Shown in pieces: positions 31,323 through 40,931 of a stretch of 64,000 bases of DNA. The DNA lies in NCBI GenBank assembly GCA_963776865.1, contig CAVZOG010000004.1, forward strand, positions 705,317-769,316, read 5' to 3'. The position numbers were made by a program, and so were the translations under genes. The DNA is from an uncultured Chloroflexia bacterium (lineage in GTDB: Bacteria; Chloroflexota; Limnocylindria; Limnocylindrales; CSP1-4). Below the pieces are notes generated by a model, which did not search any database, was not told the origin of the DNA, and was given only the letters and a program-made list of their open reading frames with translations. The first letter of the stretch is position 1; every line of letters starts with the position of its first letter.

Positions 31323-32440
31323 TACTCGTGCCTGCCTTCCAGCAGCTCACGGACGACATGCGCCAGCCCGGGTAGGTCCGTTCCGGCCGACAGGCGAAAT
31401 GCCGAAACGCTGCCCAGGAACGTGGCCAGTGCGTTGAGCGCCCACTGGTCGGCGCCCGCCAGCTGCGCCAGCGTGCTCGGGGCGAGCGCAGCCAGCGCCG
31501 TGCTGCGCTTGATCGGCTCGAGGCTGCTCTCCGTGCCGCCGGTGATGCGTGGCACGACCACCGCCACGGCTTCGGCCGACGAGCGCGTCCTGTCGGGGAA
31601 GTCGCGGTCCACGAACCAGAGCGCCTTCTCGGTGGCCAGCTTGTCGGGGTTGTCGAGCAGCCCGGTCAGCTCCGGAAAAGCCGCGACCTGGTTCGGCTGC
31701 AGCTTTGCCGCCGAATAGAGGCTGTGGATGGTGGTGCCGCCCTTTGCGTCAACGAGGACGTAGTCGTCGCCGAGATAATCGAGCCCGGCGAGAAGGCAGG
31801 CCAGCGCGCTCGTCGACTTGCCTGCCCCGCTCGGCCCGGCCAGAAGCACCGCCTTGCCGTCAAGACCCACGGCTCCCGCATGGGCGAACTGGAGACCGTG
31901 GTCGCGCGCCCACCAGTGGAGCAGCGTTCGCAGCGGCGAGGCGACCTCGTTGGACGGCACGGAGCGCGCGTCTGGGACCCACACGATCGCTTCGCGCAGC
32001 GCCGCGTCATACAGGGTCAGGATGCGCGCCTCGCGCTGGTACGCGTAGCGCACTCGGTCGGCCCGTCCCGCGACGTCGCGAGAGTCTGGCGAATGGAGTC
32101 CTGCTCCGGGCCTAACCGGGAATGCGATGCCGGTCGATGCCGAATCCCACAACATGACCGACAGGTCTGCGTCGGACTGCGCGCCTACGGCAAGGTGAGT
32201 GAGCGCGCTGGTCATCGCCGGAATGAGCGCGGGTCCGGCAAACGCCGCATGGATCGGGCGCCCCGCGACCAGAAACGATTGCTCGACCGTACCGTTCTGC
32301 CGAGCAGCCAACGCATATGCCGTGCGCGCCGCGTCGAATGCGGCCTGGCGCGACCAGGCGCTGGTTGGCGAGGCGGGTTGTGCCCCCGGGGTGTCAGCTG
32401 CCGTCGCGGCGATCCGGCCAGCCACTTTCGTCGACAGCAT
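31322..32440 (-). CDS. HprK-related P-loop kinase (start uncertain)
   Basis: HAGAV, GPSGAGKST, YLGDDYVLV: HPr-kinase-like signature. Confidence 0.8.
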   Translation of the reverse strand: MLSTKVAGRIAATAADTPGAQPASPTSAWSRQAAFDAARTAYALAARQNGTVEQSFLVAGRPIHAAFAGPALIPAMTSALTHLAVGAQSDADLSVMLWDSASTGIAFPVRPGAGLHSPDSRDVAGRADRVRYAYQREARILTLYDAALREAIVWVPDARSVPSNEVASPLRTLLHWWARDHGLQFAHAGAVGLDGKAVLLAGPSGAGKSTSALACLLAGLDYLGDDYVLVDAKGGTTIHSLYSAAKLQPNQVAAFPELTGLLDNPDKLATEKALWFVDRDFPDRTRSSAEAVAVVVPRITGGTESSLEPIKRSTALAALAPSTLAQLAGADQWALNALATFLGSVSAFRLSAGTDLPGLAHVVRELLEGRHE

Positions 32441-32879
32441 GAATCGGGTCGAGCAGCAGTAGGTCCTGCAGGTCGTCGTAGCGTTGCAACACCGGTGGTG
32501 TGAACGCGGAACGCTCAGTTGATACAGCCCGCGAGGCGAGCGATGCGGCGTCGTCGGCGCGTTGCGCGTCACTCGGTTGATCGCCATCACGGGCCACCAG
32601 CAGCTCCTCGGCGAGGAGTCGTGCGACCAGCTCGTCGACCGCGGCGGAAACATCCGCGGGATCAGCGTTCACGCTGTCAACCAGCTCCTGGCCTACGGCT
32701 TCGACCGATAGGCCCGACCCGATCGCGTTCCAGATCCGCGCGCCGGTGGCATCGAGGCTGAAGTAAAGCCCGCGGTCGAGGTGAATGATCACCAGCTCGC
32801 CATCGATCGTTTGATGAATGACCGACGGCTCGTTGATTCGATAGCGCACGGAACGCCCGTCCTCCGTCACGCTCGTCAA
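32394..32879 (-). CDS. PqqD/RRE-family protein with C-terminal peptide-like tail
   Basis: GAGGAGG RBS; IDGELVIIHLDRGLYFSLDATGARIW RRE motif; tail FTPPVLQRYDDLQDLLLLDPIHAVDESGWP. Confidence 0.85.
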   Translation of the reverse strand: MTSVTEDGRSVRYRINEPSVIHQTIDGELVIIHLDRGLYFSLDATGARIWNAIGSGLSVEAVGQELVDSVNADPADVSAAVDELVARLLAEELLVARDGDQPSDAQRADDAASLASRAVSTERSAFTPPVLQRYDDLQDLLLLDPIHAVDESGWPDRRDGS

Positions 32880-32969
32880 ACGTCCGCCTCCTCATCGAGC
32901 CCCCGAGCACGGTTCGGCCCGAGCGGCCGATGTTAGCATCGGCCTCTGAACGTTCCCCTGGCGCCGACG

Positions 32970-34298
32970 ATGCGGCGCCTCTTCGGTGTCGTGCTCGTGC
33001 TGTCGCTGTTGGCGTGCGCGGCAACCCCCAGTTCCGGGCTGCCGGACGGCTTCGCCGCGACGCAGGTGATTTCCGGGCTCGATCGTCCAACGGCCATCCG
33101 CTTCGGCCCGGATGGCAGAGCATGGGTGGCCGAACAAGCCGGGCGAGTGAAGGTCTTCGCGCAGCTGACGGATGCCGCACCGGCGATGACGGCCGACTTC
33201 TCCGATCACGTCCTGGGACGGAATAATCGTGGCCTGCTCGGGCTCGCACCCGATCTGCACGATCCGACTGCTGCGTTCGTCCTGTACACCTTCCCTGCGC
33301 CTCCGGGAACGGATTCAGTGACCTGGAACGACGAGGCGACCAACTGCCCTGACGGGACCACGCGCAGCTGTGTGTCAACCGGGATCCTGTCGCACATCGC
33401 CTTCGATGCGGATGGCACTTTCCGTGAGACGGTTCTCGTCCGCGGTTGGTGTCATCACCACGCATCACATGCGCCAAACGACCTCGCGTTCGGCCCAGAT
33501 GGCGCGCTGTATGTGTCGGCCGGCGAGGGCAGCGTTCCGGAGCTGCCGCTCGACGACGGAACATGGCTGCCGGAGAGCCAGCGCTGCAACGCCGGCGCAT
33601 TCGCGGCTCGCGCGACGCCCGAAGATCGACAGCCCACGGACTGGTTGGGCTCCATCGTCCGCTTCGCCGCGGCCGACCTGGCGGCCGTCAATAGTGGCGA
33701 GCAGGTCTCGGATTGGCTTGCCGATCGAGCCACGATCGTCGCCTACGGACTGCGCAATCCGTTCCGCATGACCTTCCGACCGGGATCGCCTGAGCTCTGG
33801 CTGGGCGATCCGGGCTGGTCGACATGGGAGGAGATCGACGTCGTCACCGATGCCACGGACCAAGTGGTAGAGGACTTCGGTTGGCCGTGCCGCGAAGGGC
33901 CCGAACCCGCGTCGGGCTACTCCGCGGACCCACGCTGCGCCGCAATCACACAGGACCCGTCGCTCACAACCGCACCATGGCTGGTAGGCCGTGTCGGAGA
34001 ACCGATGGGCAGTGGAGACGGTTGCGGCTCATCTCCTTCGGCCGTGTCTGGCATCGCCTTTGGGCCGGAGGCCTGGCCGTCGCCCTATGGCGAGGCGCTC
34101 TTCTTCGCCGACTATTCGCGCGCGTGCATCTACGTCGCGCTGGCCGACCCCGGAGCCGAACCGGATCCGCTCGATGTGCGGGTGTTCATGCCGGGCTCGG
34201 GAACGACGGTCGACTTGACCCTCGGACCGGATGGACGGCTCTACGCCGTCGATTTCGGCGCCGGGGTGATAACGGCATTCACTGCGCCGCCGCGCTGA
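32970..34298 (+). CDS. Secreted glucose/sorbosone dehydrogenase-like beta-propeller protein
   Basis: Signal peptide; RGLLGLA, LAFGPDGALYVSAGE, YGLRNPFR. Confidence 0.82.
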   Translation: MRRLFGVVLVLSLLACAATPSSGLPDGFAATQVISGLDRPTAIRFGPDGRAWVAEQAGRVKVFAQLTDAAPAMTADFSDHVLGRNNRGLLGLAPDLHDPTAAFVLYTFPAPPGTDSVTWNDEATNCPDGTTRSCVSTGILSHIAFDADGTFRETVLVRGWCHHHASHAPNDLAFGPDGALYVSAGEGSVPELPLDDGTWLPESQRCNAGAFAARATPEDRQPTDWLGSIVRFAAADLAAVNSGEQVSDWLADRATIVAYGLRNPFRMTFRPGSPELWLGDPGWSTWEEIDVVTDATDQVVEDFGWPCREGPEPASGYSADPRCAAITQDPSLTTAPWLVGRVGEPMGSGDGCGSSPSAVSGIAFGPEAWPSPYGEALFFADYSRACIYVALADPGAEPDPLDVRVFMPGSGTTVDLTLGPDGRLYAVDFGAGVITAFTAPPR

Positions 34299-35110
34299 CC
34301 CAGATCTTCCGCTCCGAACGCCCAGCTGCGCGTCAGACGCGGCGGCCACGGACGTGCCCATAACCAGGGAACGAGGCCCCACACCAGGATCAGGTAGTCG
34401 ATCCGCAACGGCCGCGGGTAGTCGAGCACTATCTCGAGCTGGCGCATGAATTGGGGCCACGTGGCAAGCGTCAGCACGAACAGCACGCCCAGCGTGACGA
34501 GGCCGATGCGCCACGACGCTCGCGGCATGAACAGCAGCAGCGGCGCTGGCACCCATTTGAGCGCAGTCCCGATCGCCCATGCGACCCCACCGGCCCGGGC
34601 GCTGGCCAACCACGCGAGCCACGGCGTGAGCGCGATGAACACGTTGATGTTGCCGGTATCGAGGTTTGCCGCCAGCGACGGTGCCAGGAGGGCGACCAGC
34701 GTGGCCGTGCCGAGTGGGCGGCGGTCATATGCCCACGCGACGGATGCGGCGAAGAGGACGACGTTGGCCAGCCGCCAGCCGACCCAGGCAAGGTCCCACG
34801 GGATCAGCGCGAAGGGCAGGAACAGGTACAGCGACCACGGCGCGTAGGCATAGGGCAGCGCGCCCTCGGCCGGCGGCAGGTCCAGCCCCGGCACAACCTG
34901 GTAGATGTCCTCGCCCGCCAGCCAGCGGTGAACCGCAGTCCAGTAGGCGTAGGCGTCCGATCCGGCGAGCTCACCGCGTGCCCAGAGGAAGGCAAGGACC
35001 AGGCCGCCGCTGATCGCCAGCAGCAGGATCGCCAGCAGGCGGCGCGGGTCGCGCAGGCGCGCGGGCAGCGCGCGGGCAAGCGACCACTCGGAATGAGCGA
35101 CGTCAGTCAC
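34241..35110 (-). CDS. GT87-like (GT-C) membrane glycosyltransferase
   Basis: SDAYAYW, YAYAPW, GNIN, LKWVP, multiple TM segments. Confidence 0.75.
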   Translation of the reverse strand: MTDVAHSEWSLARALPARLRDPRRLLAILLLAISGGLVLAFLWARGELAGSDAYAYWTAVHRWLAGEDIYQVVPGLDLPPAEGALPYAYAPWSLYLFLPFALIPWDLAWVGWRLANVVLFAASVAWAYDRRPLGTATLVALLAPSLAANLDTGNINVFIALTPWLAWLASARAGGVAWAIGTALKWVPAPLLLFMPRASWRIGLVTLGVLFVLTLATWPQFMRQLEIVLDYPRPLRIDYLILVWGLVPWLWARPWPPRLTRSWAFGAEDLGQRGGAVNAVITPAPKSTA

Positions 35111-35252
35111 GGTTGGGGACGGTAGCGGGCGGGGCTCCGTTCGTCCTCCTCGACCAAACGTGTTGGGCGCCCCCGCCCGCCGCAATCCTAGCGACCGGGC
35201 GCAAGTGCATGGCGAAATCCTGCATCACCATCAGCGTGGCATACTCCGCGGG

Positions 35253-36089
35253 ATGACCGAGGGGCATGTCATCATCATTGGTGGCGCGGAAGACAAGGTC
35301 CGGGAGCGTGTCATTCTGGCGCGCTTCATTCGGCTTGCCGGCGGCCCGGACGCGCGCATCGCGGTCATCAGCGCCGCTTCGTCGCTCGGCCCTTTGGCGG
35401 GCGAGATGTACCGGCGGATCTTCACCGAGATGGGCGCGAGCGATGTCTACCCCATCCACACGACCACTCGCGCGCAATGCGCGGAGCCGACCGCGGTTCG
35501 CTCGGTAAGCGATGCGACGGGCGTCTTTCTGACCGGCGGCAACCAGCTGCGCCTGTCGTCGACGATCGGCGGCACGCCGCTTGCCCAGGCCATCGTTCGG
35601 CGCCACCGCGAAGGCGCCGTAGTGGCTGGCACGAGCGCGGGCGCCTCCGCGATGAGCACGCATATGGTCGCATTCGGAGCAAGTGGCGCGACGCCCAAAC
35701 AGCGCATGGTCCAGATGGCGGCCGGCCTGGGCATCCTGCCCGGCGTGATCATCGACCAGCACTTCGAGCAGCGAAATCGCCTCGGGCGGCTGCTGGCGAT
35801 CATCGCCCAGAACCCGTCGCTGCTCGGGATCGGCATCGACGAGGACACCGCGGGGGTGGTCGGGCCGGATCACGTGCTCGAGGTCATCGGCCGGCGCAGC
35901 GTGACCATCGTCGACGGCGCCGATTCCGAGACCGACGCGTGGGAGGTCAAGGCGCATCGCCCGCTGATGATCAGCAACGTCCGGCTCCACTCGCTGCCGA
36001 GCGGCTACCGTTTCGACATGGACAGTCGAGAACGCGTAGCGGCGCCGATGCTGCGGGCGCTGGACGCCGACACGCTCGCGTCCGGCTGA
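35253..36089 (+). CDS. cphB: Cyanophycinase
   Basis: IIGGAEDK, GGNQLRL, GTSAGA, DQHF, GIDEDT; directly upstream of cphA. Confidence 0.95.
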   Translation: MTEGHVIIIGGAEDKVRERVILARFIRLAGGPDARIAVISAASSLGPLAGEMYRRIFTEMGASDVYPIHTTTRAQCAEPTAVRSVSDATGVFLTGGNQLRLSSTIGGTPLAQAIVRRHREGAVVAGTSAGASAMSTHMVAFGASGATPKQRMVQMAAGLGILPGVIIDQHFEQRNRLGRLLAIIAQNPSLLGIGIDEDTAGVVGPDHVLEVIGRRSVTIVDGADSETDAWEVKAHRPLMISNVRLHSLPSGYRFDMDSRERVAAPMLRALDADTLASG

Positions 36090-36103
36090 CGATAAAGCGG
36101 CCG

Positions 36104-38929
36104 ATGGCGAAAGCCGCAGCGCCCCCAAGGAAGACCCAGGGCAAGCCCCGCGGGCCACAGCCGACGCTGCGCATTCTCGAGACGCGCGTCCTGCGCGGTC
36201 CGAACATCTGGTTCCGCGGTCCGGCGATCGTGATGCTCGTCGACCTGGGCGAGCTGGAGGAGTGGCCGAGCAACAAGATCCCGCACTTCAACGAAGCGCT
36301 GCTGCAGCTCATCCCGTCGCTCGACGACCACGCCTGCTCGCTCGGCCGCCGCGGCGGCTTCGTGACCCGGCTCAAGGACGGGACGTGGCTGGGCCACGTC
36401 AGCGAGCACATCGCGCTCGAGCTGCAGAGCCTGGCCGGCACCGAGGCGCACATCGGCAAGACGCGCTCGGCCGGCTCAACCGGCCAGTACAACGTCGTCT
36501 ACGAGTACCGCGAAGAGGAGGTCGGTCGAGAGGCCGGTCGGATCGCGGTCGGCCTCGTCAACTTCCTGGTCAATCCCGAGGCAGCGCCGTTCGACTTCGC
36601 CGATGAGCTGGACGGGCTCATCCGGCTCGCCGAGCGCAACGCGTTCGGGCCGTCGACCCAGGCGCTCGTCGACGAGGCAGTCTCGCGTGACATCCCGTGG
36701 ATCCGGCTCGACCGACACAGCCTCGTTCAGCTGGGCCAGGGAGTTCACCAGCAGCGCATTCGAGCGACGATGACGTCGCGCACGTCGGCAATCGGCGTCG
36801 ACATTGCCTCTGACAAGAGCCTGACCAACACGCTCCTCAGCTCGGCCGGCATGCCCGTGCCGCGCTCGCAGGTCGTGCGCTCGGCTGAAGCGGCCGTCGA
36901 CGCGGCGCAGAAGCTGGGTTACCCGGTCGTGGTCAAGCCACTCGACGGCAACCATGGGCGCGGCGTGGCACTCGACCTGCGCGACGAGCAGGCCGTTCGC
37001 GACGCGTACACCCTTGCGCGCGAGGAGAGCCGCGGCGGGGACGTGGTTGTCGAGACCTTCGTGCGCGGCAACGACTACCGCGTGCTCGTCGTAGGCGGCA
37101 AGCTCGCGGCGGTGGCCGAACGCGTCCCGGCGAGTGTGGTGGGCGACGGCAAGCTCACCGTCCGCGCGCTGGTCGACAAGGAGAACAGCGACCCGCGGCG
37201 CGGCATCGGTCACGAGCGCGTGCTGACGCGGATCCGGATCACGACCGGGGCTGAGGAGCTGGTTCGCAAGCAGGGCCTGGGCCTCGACGACGTGCCCAAG
37301 AAGGGCCAGCGGGTGATGCTCGCCTCTACCGGCAACATGTCGACCGGCGGCACGGCCATCGACCGGACGCGCGAGGCGCATCCCGACAACGTCGAGATCG
37401 CCGAGACCGCCGCGCAGGTGGTCGGCCTGGACATCGCCGGCATCGACTTCATCGTGCCCGACATCACCGTGCCCGTTCGCGAACAGGGTGGGGCGATCGT
37501 CGAGGTCAACGCCGCGCCCGGCTTCCGGATGCACACCAACCCGACCGAGGGCGAGGCGCAATACGTGGCCAAGCCGGTGCTCGACCTGCTCTTCCCGCAG
37601 GGCTCGAACGCCCGAATCCCGATCGTCTCGGTGACCGGTACGAACGGCAAGACGACGACCGTGCGGATGATCGCCCACATCCTGAAGCTGATGGGTCGCC
37701 GGGTGGGCATGACCACGACCGACGGCATCGTCGTCGACGGGCGGCTGATCCGGAAGGGCGACATGTCCGGCCCGCGTTCGGCGCAGATGGTGCTCCAGAA
37801 CCCTTCGGTCGACACAGCGGTCTTCGAGGTCGCCCGCGGCGGGATCCTGCGCGAGGGCCTCGGCTACGACCGCAACGACGTCGCCGTGGTGACCAACGTG
37901 ACCGGCGACCACCTCGGCCTGAAGGGCGTCGAGACGATGAGCCAGCTGGCGCAGGTCAAGTCGGTCATCGTCGACGCCGTGCCACGCGCGGGCATGGCCG
38001 TGCTCAATGCCGACGATCCCCATGTCGCGCGGATGGCTCGCCAGAGCCGCGGCAGCGTCGTCTACTTCTCGATGGCTCGCGACCGCGGCGAGGAGGGCTA
38101 CGACCGGGTCGACGGCCACTGCGGCCGCGGCGGCGCGGCGATGGTCGTGCAGCAGACCGACGACGGCGAGCTGGTCGTGCTGCGCCACGCCGCGCGCACC
38201 ATGCCGCTGCTGTACACGCACCAGATCCCGGCTACTTTCGAGGGCCGGGCGCGGATGAACGTGGCCAACGCGCTCGCCGCAGCCGGCGCAGCGTGGGCGG
38301 CGGGTGCGCACCTGCACGACATCCGCCAGGGATTGCGCACCTTCACCACGTCGTTCTTCCAGGCACCCGGCCGGCTCAACGAGATCCAGGTCGACGGCTA
38401 CAAGGTCTTCCTCGACTACTGCCACAACGTGGACGGCATGCGCAGGCTGACCGAGTTCGTCGAGCTGATGATGCGGCCGCCCAGTGCCGTTGCCGCCGCG
38501 GCCACTGCGGTCGACGGTGGATCCGGCGGCAGGCGAGGCACTGCGATCGGGGTGATCGGCATCCCCGGCGACAGACGCGATGACGACCACCGCGAGTACG
38601 GCCGTCTGGCCGGCCACGCCTTCGACACGATCGTCGTGCGTGAGGACAAGAAGCTGCGCGGCCGCAAGCAGGGCGAGTCAGCCGAACTCGTCCTGGCGGG
38701 GATCAACAAGGCACAACGCGAGGGTGGCCGCTGTTCGGACGCGTCGATCGTGACCGACGAGATGGCCGCGGTCACGACGGGCATGGCTCAGGCCACGCCG
38801 GGCGACCTCGTGATGGTCTGCAGCGACGACATCACCGGCGCCTACCGCCAGGTGATGGAAGAGGTGCGGCGCAAGGGCGGTGGCAGCGCGATCTCGCACC
38901 CCGGCGAATTCGAGGTCGAAGAGGGCTAG
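36104..38929 (+). CDS. cphA: Cyanophycin synthetase CphA1
   Basis: N domain C...HVSEH; ATP-grasp KPLDGNHGRG and EVNAAPG; Mur-ligase GTNGKTT, ARGGILREGL, PGRLN. Confidence 0.96.
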   Translation: MAKAAAPPRKTQGKPRGPQPTLRILETRVLRGPNIWFRGPAIVMLVDLGELEEWPSNKIPHFNEALLQLIPSLDDHACSLGRRGGFVTRLKDGTWLGHVSEHIALELQSLAGTEAHIGKTRSAGSTGQYNVVYEYREEEVGREAGRIAVGLVNFLVNPEAAPFDFADELDGLIRLAERNAFGPSTQALVDEAVSRDIPWIRLDRHSLVQLGQGVHQQRIRATMTSRTSAIGVDIASDKSLTNTLLSSAGMPVPRSQVVRSAEAAVDAAQKLGYPVVVKPLDGNHGRGVALDLRDEQAVRDAYTLAREESRGGDVVVETFVRGNDYRVLVVGGKLAAVAERVPASVVGDGKLTVRALVDKENSDPRRGIGHERVLTRIRITTGAEELVRKQGLGLDDVPKKGQRVMLASTGNMSTGGTAIDRTREAHPDNVEIAETAAQVVGLDIAGIDFIVPDITVPVREQGGAIVEVNAAPGFRMHTNPTEGEAQYVAKPVLDLLFPQGSNARIPIVSVTGTNGKTTTVRMIAHILKLMGRRVGMTTTDGIVVDGRLIRKGDMSGPRSAQMVLQNPSVDTAVFEVARGGILREGLGYDRNDVAVVTNVTGDHLGLKGVETMSQLAQVKSVIVDAVPRAGMAVLNADDPHVARMARQSRGSVVYFSMARDRGEEGYDRVDGHCGRGGAAMVVQQTDDGELVVLRHAARTMPLLYTHQIPATFEGRARMNVANALAAAGAAWAAGAHLHDIRQGLRTFTTSFFQAPGRLNEIQVDGYKVFLDYCHNVDGMRRLTEFVELMMRPPSAVAAAATAVDGGSGGRRGTAIGVIGIPGDRRDDDHREYGRLAGHAFDTIVVREDKKLRGRKQGESAELVLAGINKAQREGGRCSDASIVTDEMAAVTTGMAQATPGDLVMVCSDDITGAYRQVMEEVRRKGGGSAISHPGEFEVEEG

Positions 38930-38935
38930 CCCGCC

Positions 38936-39164
38936 TCAGTCGAGCGAGATCACCGAAACAGTGCCGGCACCGGTGTTGGTGACCCACGCCCGGCCATCGA
39001 CGATGACGATCCGTCGCGGCTCGTTGCCGGTATCGACGGTCTCGACGACCTCGGCCGACTCGGGATCGATCGCCTCGATGTGATCGAGCTGGGTCGTGGC
39101 CGCCCAGTTCCAACCGCGCGACGATCCGAAGGGCGAGCCGATCGGCTTCCTGGCCCTGGTTCAC
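38936..39164 (-). pseudogene. Remnant of a YVTN/YncE-type beta-propeller gene
   Basis: IEAIDPESAEVVETVDTGNEPRRIVIVDGRAWVTNTGAGTVSVISLD* with no in-frame start; only 1-2 blades present. Confidence 0.5.
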
Positions 39165-39175
39165 CGCCGCCGACC

Positions 39176-40891
39176 CTAGCCGGGTTTCGGGCGGAAGCCC
39201 TCCAGCGTGCCGATGTCGTGCACCTCTACGAACCCCTCGTCAGCGAGGTAGCGCGAGACCGCGTCCCGTTCGGCGTGGCACATCAGCATCACCACGCGCG
39301 GCGTGCCGTCGTCGGTCGCGGCCAGACGGCCGGGAGTCGTCATCTCACCGACCAGGCCGTCGAGCTCCAGCTCGTACACCGGGGCAGAGGAGGGGTTCAA
39401 GCCGCCTGCGCGAATGCCCTCGCGCAGCTCCCCGATGGCACTCGCCCGCGTGCGGCCGCGCAGGAAGGGCAGGTCTTCCTTGATCGCGACCTCATCGGCG
39501 CGCAGCGCGGCCAGCTGGCCGACGGCGCGCATGGCATCGTCCGGACGATCGCCGGCGGCGCCGATGATCACGCTCACCGTCGCGCGGCGCTTGCCGCGCC
39601 GGCCGACGAGGCCCTCGATCGTGTCGAACAGCGCGATCAGGCCGGCCTCGTTATGCGCGTAGTCGACGACGACGAGGCGATCACCCTTGCGGTAAAGGTT
39701 CAGCCGGCCTGGCATCAGATCGGCCGTGTTGCGGAAGCCGCGCAGCCCGTCGGCGATAGCGGCGTAGGACATGCCGATTGCCCGCGCACCCGCGGCGGCG
39801 GCGAGTGCGTTGGCGACGTTGTGCCGGGCCAGCCCGCCGAGAGTGGCCGGCAGCTCGGCCGCGGCCACGATCCGCCGCCGCTTGGACCCGGCCAGCTCGA
39901 CGATCCAGCCATCGTCAAGCACGAATGCATTGCCGCCGCGAGCGACGTGTGATCGGACGCGCGAGCTGCGTGGGTTGAGGCTGAAGAAGGTCACCGGCGC
40001 GCGAACCCGCCGCGCGATCGGCACCAGCAGCGGGTCGTCTGCGTTGAGGACGACGGTGCCGTTGGGCCGCGTGACGCGGCAGATGACCGATTTGACCTCG
40101 GCCAGCTCGGGCAGCGTGTGCAGGCCCTGCAGGTCGAGATGATCGGCGCTGATGTTGGTCAGCACGCTGGCCTCATTCAATTCGTAGGCCAACCCGCGCA
40201 ACAGGATCCCGCCGCGGGCCGTTTCGAGGACGCCAACCTCCACCTCGCTGTTGTGCATCACGGCTCGCGCGCCCTGTGGCCCGCTGAAGTCACCCGGCTC
40301 GATCATCTCTTCGTCGATCAGCACGCCGTCGGTCGTTGTCGTGCCCACGCGACGGCCGCCTGCGCGGACGATGTGGGTGATCATCCTGGTCGTGGTGCTC
40401 TTGCCGTTCGTGCCACTGACCGAGATGAGCTGCAGCTTGCGTCGGCCTGCAAGACGTTGCTCGTCCGTTATCCACGCCGGTGGACTTCCCTCCGCGTCGC
40501 GGATGCGGCGTACGACGCGCTCGAGCAGGCGGTCGCTGGCCTGATCGGCCAGGCGCAGCGCTGCACGGGCGATCAGGTCGGCCTTTTCGGAGTCGGTCCA
40601 CGGATAGGTCACTACCCAGTGGCCGGGCTCGCTCGTGATATGGATTGCCACCGGGGTGCGGACTCCCAGGGCGCGGCGGTGCAGCTGGCGCACCCAGCTC
40701 GCCAGCTCGCCGACCGACGACGGAGCGGCGGATGAAGGGACGCGCGCGCCTAGCCTGACCACGGCGTGGCGGCCGGGACTGCGGTGCCCGTACCACGAGC
40801 GGCGGCGGCCGACGACGACCTCGATTCGCACGGTCGGCTCGAGCCGATAGATGTTGGGGCCGTCGAGCAGGCGGACTTCGATTAGGCGCAC
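39176..40891 (-). CDS. CphA-like protein: N-terminal segment plus Mur-ligase domain, no ATP-grasp domain
   Basis: DGPNIY N-terminus; GTNGKSTT, ETARGGILLRGL, PGRLN, DYAHN, GDRPD; 571 aa. Confidence 0.85.
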   Translation of the reverse strand: MRLIEVRLLDGPNIYRLEPTVRIEVVVGRRRSWYGHRSPGRHAVVRLGARVPSSAAPSSVGELASWVRQLHRRALGVRTPVAIHITSEPGHWVVTYPWTDSEKADLIARAALRLADQASDRLLERVVRRIRDAEGSPPAWITDEQRLAGRRKLQLISVSGTNGKSTTTRMITHIVRAGGRRVGTTTTDGVLIDEEMIEPGDFSGPQGARAVMHNSEVEVGVLETARGGILLRGLAYELNEASVLTNISADHLDLQGLHTLPELAEVKSVICRVTRPNGTVVLNADDPLLVPIARRVRAPVTFFSLNPRSSRVRSHVARGGNAFVLDDGWIVELAGSKRRRIVAAAELPATLGGLARHNVANALAAAAGARAIGMSYAAIADGLRGFRNTADLMPGRLNLYRKGDRLVVVDYAHNEAGLIALFDTIEGLVGRRGKRRATVSVIIGAAGDRPDDAMRAVGQLAALRADEVAIKEDLPFLRGRTRASAIGELREGIRAGGLNPSSAPVYELELDGLVGEMTTPGRLAATDDGTPRVVMLMCHAERDAVSRYLADEGFVEVHDIGTLEGFRPKPG

Positions 40892-40931
40892 GGTGGGGCG
40901 GAGTATATGGGCGGTCGATTACCCTGCCGCC

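Noticed and set aside
35477-36103. Long N-terminal extension of CphA in the ORF track
   Set aside because: It overlaps cphB in another frame; CphA homology starts after ATG 36104.
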